In this document: piece by piece, positions 59,076 through 64,000 of the stretch | Layout: each line of letters opens with the position of its first letter | Position numbering within the stretch: position 1 is the first letter of the stretch | Virus record (IMG/VR): IMGVR_UViG_3300028394_000037 | Reading direction: 5' to 3' (one strand) | Length of the DNA: 64,000 nt | Source: a virus | The notes under the pieces: model-generated | Databases searched by the model: none | What the model saw: only the letters and a program-made list of their open reading frames with translations | Told to the model about the DNA's origin: nothing | Translations under genes and position numbers: made by a program

Positions 59076-59909
59076 TTATATCATATCACAAAGAATTTGT
59101 AAACCATTATGAAAATTGGTATCACAAGAAAATCCAAGTGATTTCAATTTATCATTATTCAATGTCATATTTTTGACTTGTATGAATTCTTGATCTGGCG
59201 GTATGAGTACATCTATAATTTCACTTGAACTATTAACAATTGATTTTGCATTTTCTATAATTTTTCTAAAAGATAAAGATTCTCCAGAAGATATATTATA
59301 AACTTCATTAATATTTCCAGAGTCTATAATCAATTTTATAGATTTACATATGTCTTCTACAAACATATAGTCTTTCAAAAAATTTCCACCATCATAAAGT
59401 TTGATTTGTTTATCTTCCTTTAAGAGTCTTACCATATAAGCAAGAACATTCTTTCCTGGGGAAATTGTTTTATCCAAACCATAAACATTACCAATTCTAA
59501 AAATTCTATATTTAATTTTAAAAGTTTCACAAAAAGAAATTAAAAGTTGCTCTGCACACCTTTTAGTAATTGAATAGAATCCAGTTGGATTGCAACAATC
59601 AGTTTCCTTTGCATCTATTATATCATTTCCATAAACAAAACCAGAACTTATAAAATTTATTGTTACATCTCTATTTTTACAATTAGAAAGAAAGTCAACA
59701 AATAATTTTAAATTAGTATCAATATCCACATGAACATCTTTAAAAACATTTTGATTTGTTGTGGTACTTATAAAATAAAGAACTTCATTCGTATGAAAGT
59801 TTTTACTATCTCTTGGAATAAGAGTAACATTTTCTTTGTACATTCTTGAAAATGTTCCACCAATAAATCCAGTACCACCAAAGACAGATATTTTATTCAT
59901 ATTTTTCAT
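59076..59909 (-). CDS. NAD-dependent epimerase/dehydratase (WcaG-like)
   Basis: GGTGFIG; SSG.VYG; YSITK (YxxxK); R..NVYG. Confidence 0.85.
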   Translation of the reverse strand: MKNMNKISVFGGTGFIGGTFSRMYKENVTLIPRDSKNFHTNEVLYFISTTTNQNVFKDVHVDIDTNLKLFVDFLSNCKNRDVTINFISSGFVYGNDIIDAKETDCCNPTGFYSITKRCAEQLLISFCETFKIKYRIFRIGNVYGLDKTISPGKNVLAYMVRLLKEDKQIKLYDGGNFLKDYMFVEDICKSIKLIIDSGNINEVYNISSGESLSFRKIIENAKSIVNSSSEIIDVLIPPDQEFIQVKNMTLNNDKLKSLGFSCDTNFHNGLQILCDMI

Positions 59910-59976
59910 ATTCAACAAAAAATTTTTTTACTTTATCCTTTAATTTAGTTTCAATTACATTCGTATCATTGATTTT

Positions 59977-60011
59977 ATTATAGCAAAAAAGGAGAGTTTA
60001 TGCAACTCTCC
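59977..60011 (-). promoter_or_regulatory. Fused terminator/promoter cassette variant driving the glycosylation island
   Basis: GGAGAGTT-GCATA-AACTCTCC-TTTTTT with TTGCAT-17-TATAAT. Confidence 0.6.
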
Positions 60012-60015
60012 CATT

Positions 60016-60117
60016 AGGTCTTTCAGGCTCGCCACTTGCTCTTTGACTAGAAGCAAGAAACTAGGCGGGAGAGAGTCCCATCCGCACCAACAATTCTTTA
60101 AGGAAATTGTAAACCTA
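60016..60117 (-). ncRNA. wcaG-like RNA motif
   Basis: Two pseudoknot-like units each ending in UGGYG (TTGGTGCGG and GTGGCGAGCC), upstream of an NDP-sugar epimerase, the context described for the cyanophage wcaG motif. Confidence 0.6.
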
Positions 60118-60315
60118 TTTACAACTCACAAAAGAATTAATTTTCTCCGCAAGTTTTTCAATATTCTCATAAGAAGGATATTGAGGATACTCCGTAGTAT
60201 CATCCGGATTTAGATCTTTCAATCTATCCACTGTAGCAAAACTAGTATGAAATTCTTGATCAGCAAGAGTTTGTGCTTGCCTAAAGATTTCAAAACGAAG
60301 TTCGTAAGGTGTCAT
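60115..60315 (-). CDS. Small hypothetical phage protein (MTPYELRFEI...)
   Basis: Strong AAGGAG RBS; (AC)n leader; YP....I...A.....FV C-terminus. Confidence 0.8.
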   Translation of the reverse strand: MTPYELRFEIFRQAQTLADQEFHTSFATVDRLKDLNPDDTTEYPQYPSYENIEKLAEKINSFVSCK

Positions 60316-60372
60316 TTGTTTTCTCCTTTAATGTGTGTGTTTGTGTGTAACCATAGGGTCATAATTGACTCC

Positions 60373-60444
60373 ACCAGTACTTTTAAAGTCTCTCCGTGAC
60401 TTGCAGGGGTCCCCGACCAGTACTTTTTAAGTCTCTCCGTGACT
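60373..60444 (-). repeat. Tandem 29-bp repeat (1 mismatch, 14-nt spacer), likely structured RNA
   Basis: AGTCACGGAGAGACTT(A/T)AAAAGTACTGGT at 60416-60444 and 60373-60401. Confidence 0.85.
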
Positions 60445-60527
60445 ATTGGTCCCAATCAAGAATATCATTAGGATCCATATAACAAGGATCATCGCTCAAC
60501 CATTTCGGATTGCTAAAGGAGCCAGAC

Positions 60528-60674
60528 TTACTTATTATTCCACATTTTTTCCATTGGGTCAACACCAGTTCTCATTACTTCACAAGCTCTCTTGTAGAAC
60601 ATATTTTTAGTGTTTCCTGATGCCTCCATAGTATCCTTAATCTTTTGCCAGTTTTCCCGAGTTCTGTCGTCCAT
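60528..60674 (-). CDS. Small hypothetical protein (48 aa, MDDRTRENWQKIKDTME.SGNT...)
   Basis: TAATG overlap with the upstream gene. Confidence 0.65.
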   Translation of the reverse strand: MDDRTRENWQKIKDTMEASGNTKNMFYKRACEVMRTGVDPMEKMWNNK

Positions 60675-60925
60675 TAACGTACCTCAAAATCTAACTTACG
60701 AATTTTACGATTTGCTCTTGCGTGTTGCCAAGCAAGTTCTTCTTCAGTAAAATAAGATTTTTTTTCTTGTGGACGCATTGAATTTAGCATCACAACACTC
60801 TTCAAATCAACTGCTGTTATTTTTTCACCAACAACAGTAGTCATATTTGTACATCCACAAGAACGTGTTTGTGTAGGATGACTGGATAATTCTGTATTAC
60901 AGAGTTTACAACGTACTTCAACCAT
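60674..60925 (-). CDS. Hypothetical Cys-motif protein
   Basis: CKLC...CGC.N motif. Confidence 0.7.
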   Translation of the reverse strand: MVEVRCKLCNTELSSHPTQTRSCGCTNMTTVVGEKITAVDLKSVVMLNSMRPQEKKSYFTEEELAWQHARANRKIRKLDFEVR

Positions 60926-60932
60926 TTTATTT

Positions 60933-61367
60933 CTATTGTAAATGTGATCTTAATTGCCAAACAAATTTTCCGTGAGATTCCATCAAATCTTGAACCAAAT
61001 TAGCAGTTGCGTATTGATTTTGTGTTTCAGATTCTTTGGAAATTTCAACAAATATCTCACATATCTTTTTATTATCTTCTAAAAGTTCTGAAAGCATTTT
61101 ATCTGCTGTAGTTGAACTTGATGCTTCTTGAACTTGAGTCACTTCAAGCATTCTTGAAAGAGAACTTAAAGGTTTAATATTTAAGTATCTCATATGCTCA
61201 GATAATCTGTCAATCTCTTCAAACATAGTTTCATATTGACCACCAAAAAGTTGATGAAGTTGAGTAAAATTTTCACCAACAACATTCCAATGAAATGCCC
61301 AAGTTTTATGAAAGATGACAAAAAGTGAAGATTGAGCATCACTTAAAAGTTTGAAAAGTTTTTCCAT
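60933..61367 (-). CDS. dps: Dps/ferritin-like DNA protection protein
   Basis: HWNV.G..F..LH..F...Y......D...E ferroxidase motif; H.K..W.L; TATAAATA at 61382-61389. Confidence 0.9.
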   Translation of the reverse strand: MEKLFKLLSDAQSSLFVIFHKTWAFHWNVVGENFTQLHQLFGGQYETMFEEIDRLSEHMRYLNIKPLSSLSRMLEVTQVQEASSSTTADKMLSELLEDNKKICEIFVEISKESETQNQYATANLVQDLMESHGKFVWQLRSHLQ

Positions 61368-61399
61368 CAAAGTTTTTTATGTATTTATATGAAAGAAAG

Positions 61400-61471
61400 A
61401 GCGGATGATCGGACTTGAACCGACGACATCTAACTTGGAAGGATAGCGTTCTACCACTGAACTACATCCGC
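61400..61471 (-). tRNA. tRNA-Gly(UCC), CCA not encoded
   Basis: Acceptor GCGGATG/CATCCGC, D-arm GTTC/GAAC, anticodon loop CTTCCAA, T-arm GTCGG-TTCAAGT-CCGAT, discriminator U. Confidence 0.92.
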
Positions 61472-61876
61472 ACGATTTTCTTTTGGACAATCAGGAACCC
61501 AAGAACCACATATTCTCATTTCACCACCTAATAGTTTTTGAGCATTGCTCTTATCAGGTGCTTTCTCTGAAAAATATGATGGACTTATTCTAACACTCCT
61601 ATCGTCCCCTGTCAAGTCCTCATAATCTTTGATTGCCTTGTCTACATCTCTATGAACTCTGCGGTCCAAAAGTTGTGGAGTATTTATGAGTATATCATTC
61701 AAATCAGTTTGTGGAAAGTATTTTCTCTGAACCTCATCAATAAAATCGTAAATGTTTTCTTCTGGAATATAAGTACATTGTGATACTCCCGTCACCAAAG
61801 AAGTGAATACAACTCCTATTACGGCATATCTAAAAATAGTCTTTGGTTTCTTTCCAAATTGAAAATTAAATTCCAT
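61451..61876 (-). CDS. Hypothetical membrane-anchored protein
   Basis: N-terminal TM segment; C...VPDC near the C-terminus; stop lies inside tRNA-Gly. Confidence 0.65.
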   Translation of the reverse strand: MEFNFQFGKKPKTIFRYAVIGVVFTSLVTGVSQCTYIPEENIYDFIDEVQRKYFPQTDLNDILINTPQLLDRRVHRDVDKAIKDYEDLTGDDRSVRISPSYFSEKAPDKSNAQKLLGGEMRICGSWVPDCPKENRADVVQW

Positions 61877-61900
61877 AAAAAGGGAGGCAATTAACCTCCC
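61877..61900 (-). terminator. Intrinsic terminator after rlpA
   Basis: GGGAGG-TTAATTG-CCTCCC-TTTTT. Confidence 0.65.
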
Positions 61901-61911
61901 ATATTTATCTG

Positions 61912-62280
61912 TTAGGCAGGAGCATAACAGACGTTAGCAACTCCTTGTCCTGGAGGCGCAATTGCCACAAACGCCCCGTAGGACAAGTCAAGGTCTCTTC
62001 CTCCAACAAAAGGACCTCTATCATTTACACGCACAACAACTGACTTACCATTTGCCTGATTTGTCACTCTAAGTTTGGTTCCAAATGGCAGCCAACGATG
62101 TGCTACCGAATAACCGTATGCATTGAACCTTTCGCCATTGGCAGTTGTCTGCCCATTATATCCATCCCCCACACCATAGTTAGAAGCAAGACTGCATGAA
62201 CTTGCCGGGGATGCTGCTTTTGCTGTTACGGGTGCTACACCGACAAAACCAAAAGCAAGAAGTAAACTGAATAAACGCAT
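61912..62280 (-). CDS. rlpA: RlpA-family (DPBB) lytic transglycosylase-like protein
   Basis: AS.YG...G..TANGE.F.....AH..LPFGT...VTN..NG.SV.VR.NDRGPF..GR..DLS. Confidence 0.9.
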   Translation of the reverse strand: MRLFSLLLAFGFVGVAPVTAKAASPASSCSLASNYGVGDGYNGQTTANGERFNAYGYSVAHRWLPFGTKLRVTNQANGKSVVVRVNDRGPFVGGRDLDLSYGAFVAIAPPGQGVANVCYAPA

Positions 62281-62288
62281 TTAAAAAA

Positions 62289-62362
62289 ATAGAACTCTAC
62301 ATCCGTATAGGTAAAGGAGAAGTTCCCATCCTCTCGGAGGGCATTACCCACGGCTCTAATTG
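62289..62362 (-). ncRNA. Candidate structured 5' leader of rlpA
   Basis: Nested stems TAGAGC/GTTCTA and CCGTGGGTAA/TTACCTATACGG, plus CCCTCC-GAGA-GGATGGG with a GNRA loop. Confidence 0.5.
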
Positions 62363-62408
62363 CACTCAAAATCTCATAATAAAAAAGACACTTTAATTGT
62401 GCCTTAAT

Positions 62409-62437
62409 AGTATAAGTGATTATTTATGAATTGTCAA
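62409..62437 (-). promoter_or_regulatory. sigma70 promoter with an embedded late ATAAATA
   Basis: TTGACA-ATTCATAAATAATCACT-TATACT. Confidence 0.7.
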
Positions 62438-62444
62438 GGAATCA

Positions 62445-62645
62445 TCACTTTACGTCAATTTCCTGATCCCCATACTCTTCTTTTGTTTCCAAAGAAAAAT
62501 ACTCCAATTCTTCCTCATCTTCTGGGTCTAACCATTCTAGAAATTCTTCTGTAATAGCAACAGCAATATCATAATTTTCGGTAGATTGAATTCTTTCAAT
62601 TGCCCAATTACGTGCTTGAATAACAGGTTCAATCTTTGTTGCCAT
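62445..62645 (-). CDS. Small acidic hypothetical protein (MATKIEPV...)
   Basis: Start moved to 62645; the upstream part of the track ORF overlaps the nuclease gene. Confidence 0.6.
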   Translation of the reverse strand: MATKIEPVIQARNWAIERIQSTENYDIAVAITEEFLEWLDPEDEEELEYFSLETKEEYGDQEIDVK

Positions 62646-63060
62646 AATAATCTTTTCGGAAATACCTGGAGAGGATGTTGCTATTGTAGTATGCGGGCAT
62701 TCCGTCGTCAAGTGCTTCCGTGAGGACATTGTTTGTGAAGAGTTGTCGTGTCTCCTCAAAATTTGTTTTGCCCTTTGTTTTGTGTAGTGAAATAATAGTT
62801 CTTGAAAAATTTTCTTTACCGTATTTTTCAATATCTTCTTTAAGTTCCGGACAAGATCCATAATAATTCTTCCAATCCGATTCTGATTTTACTTTTCTAT
62901 TTTTTCCTTTCGGCGTTCTAAATTGCCATAAGTACTTTCTACCAATATAACAGCGGTGATTAATATTATTTCGTATATGATATACAAACCCATAGTAATC
63001 TTGGATTTGATCTGAGTCAAAAATTTTTCCTTCATAGATCCAAGGATTATCGTAACTCAT
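62629..63060 (-). CDS. GIY-YIG endonuclease (T4 DenA/Seg-like)
   Basis: GFVY.I.N......YIG.K; ESDW..YYGS; E...F...VL; YN.NI. Confidence 0.8.
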   Translation of the reverse strand: MSYDNPWIYEGKIFDSDQIQDYYGFVYHIRNNINHRCYIGRKYLWQFRTPKGKNRKVKSESDWKNYYGSCPELKEDIEKYGKENFSRTIISLHKTKGKTNFEETRQLFTNNVLTEALDDGMPAYYNSNILSRYFRKDYYGNKD

Positions 63061-63196
63061 CAATATAATCCAACACTCTATTCAGATATTTATTGACTAC
63101 TAATTTATCATTTGAAAAAACAATTTCTTCGTTAACTTTATGCTTAAGTTTATAAATTTTTGCCTTTAAAGCGTAAATATCTGTGATATGAATCAT
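63047..63196 (-). CDS. Small hypothetical protein (49 aa, MIHITDIYALKAKIYKLK...)
   Basis: Clean ORF filling the gap between nrdB and the nuclease gene. Confidence 0.5.
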   Translation of the reverse strand: MIHITDIYALKAKIYKLKHKVNEEIVFSNDKLVVNKYLNRVLDYIDELR

Positions 63197-63224
63197 AAAA
63201 ATAGGGGAGATTTCTCTCCCCTAT
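63197..63224 (-). terminator. nrdB terminator
   Basis: ATAGGGGAGA-GAAA-TCTCCCCTAT-TTTT. Confidence 0.75.
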
Positions 63225-63235
63225 CTATAACGGAT

Positions 63236-64000
63236 TCAGAGTTTGAACCCACTAAATGTGTCCTTTTTCACATCTTGTTTTATTCCACCGACTACATAAC
63301 TTTCAACTTCAGTTTCCTGTGGTGCTACTTGAAGTCCTTTAGAAGAAATCCAGTGCTGAGTCCAAGGAAGAGGATTGTTATTTGCGGAAATATCATATTG
63401 TGGTTTTAAACCAATCCCTTTCATTCTTCGGTTTGCAATCCATTCAATATATTGTTGAAGAAGTTTATCATTAAGTCCAATCATGCTGCCATCTTTAAAG
63501 AGATAGTCAGCCCATCTCTTTTCTTCCATTACTGCACGATCAAACATCATAGTAACCCATTCTTCTTCTTCTTTCGCAATTTGTTTCATTTCAGGATCAT
63601 CACCTTCTCTCCACTTATTCATAATATTTTGAGTGATTGCTAAATGTTGATTTTCATCTCTTGCTATGAGAGAGATGATTTTAGCTGATCCTTCCATAAG
63701 CTTAAGTTCACCAAAGGCGAAACTGCAAGCAAAACTAACGTAAAACCGAATACCTTCAAGAATGTTAACGTTTGCAACTGCTCTGTATAATTTTCGTTTG
63801 ACATCATTGAGTGTTTCTTTTGCTAATGGAACTCCTTCAAGTTGATGCACCCATTGGTTGGATGATCCATAATTTTGTGCTGCTTGAATAAAGTCATTAT
63901 ATGACCCTGTAACGCTTTCAGCACGTTCCAGAATACGTTCGTCGGAAATAATAGTATCAAACACTTCTGATGGGTCAGAATAAATGTTCTTGATGATATA
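63236..64000 (-). CDS. nrdB: Class Ia ribonucleotide reductase beta subunit (5' end outside window)
   Basis: LEGIRFYVSFACSFAF; IARDE..H; QVAPQETE..SY. Confidence 0.96.
   Translation of the reverse strand, partial: YIIKNIYSDPSEVFDTIISDERILERAESVTGSYNDFIQAAQNYGSSNQWVHQLEGVPLAKETLNDVKRKLYRAVANVNILEGIRFYVSFACSFAFGELKLMEGSAKIISLIARDENQHLAITQNIMNKWREGDDPEMKQIAKEEEEWVTMMFDRAVMEEKRWADYLFKDGSMIGLNDKLLQQYIEWIANRRMKGIGLKPQYDISANNNPLPWTQHWISSKGLQVAPQETEVESYVVGGIKQDVKKDTFSGFKL

Noticed and set aside
60373-60444. 29-bp direct repeats as a mini-CRISPR array
   Set aside because: Only two units, a 14-nt spacer and no cas operon; better explained as tandem RNA hairpins
62281-62375. c-di-AMP (ydaO) riboswitch upstream of rlpA
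   Set aside because: The characteristic GCTGAA...GTAGG...CAGC elements are not visible
42-63643. Many short track ORFs antisense to or nested in long genes (e.g. 23351-23782, 39495-39851, 51111-51455)
   Set aside because: Shadow ORFs of well-supported genes with no independent signals

Overview
AT-rich 64-kb segment of a T4-like cyanophage (cyanomyovirus, Kyanoviridae-like), almost entirely encoded on the minus strand. In order it carries: (1) 1-30565, a tail/baseplate module with fibre-like proteins, gp5, a hub protein, two tape-measure-like proteins with muralytic domains, gp51, gp26, gp4, gp2-like, gp48 and gp53, with cp12 and tRNA-Leu(UAA) embedded; (2) 30566-38444, a replication/transcription core (gp32, gp59, gp33, exonuclease, phoH, thyX, speD, glutaredoxin); (3) 39011-44209, an HNH nuclease, psbA with a structured leader, two endolysin-like genes, hli and an SLH-domain outer-membrane protein; (4) 44291-59909, a ~15.6-kb glycosylation island (glycosyltransferases, an ADP-heptose-like pathway, RfbH, a fused TPP enzyme, a GME-like epimerase, methyltransferases); (5) 60016-64000, a wcaG-like RNA and tandem RNA repeats, dps, tRNA-Gly(UCC), rlpA with a structured leader, a GIY-YIG nuclease and the 3' part of nrdB. 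The strongest novel leads are a candidate programmed -1 frameshift fusing gp26 to gp51 (lambda G/GT-like) just upstream of the tape-measure-like genes, a promoter- and terminator-delimited ~60-nt sRNA, a pseudoknot/repeat RNA locus flanking a small ORF, a possible yersiniose-like branched-sugar pathway and a GmhA/GmhB-less heptose pathway. All product calls rest on motif recognition and synteny; no database searches were run.
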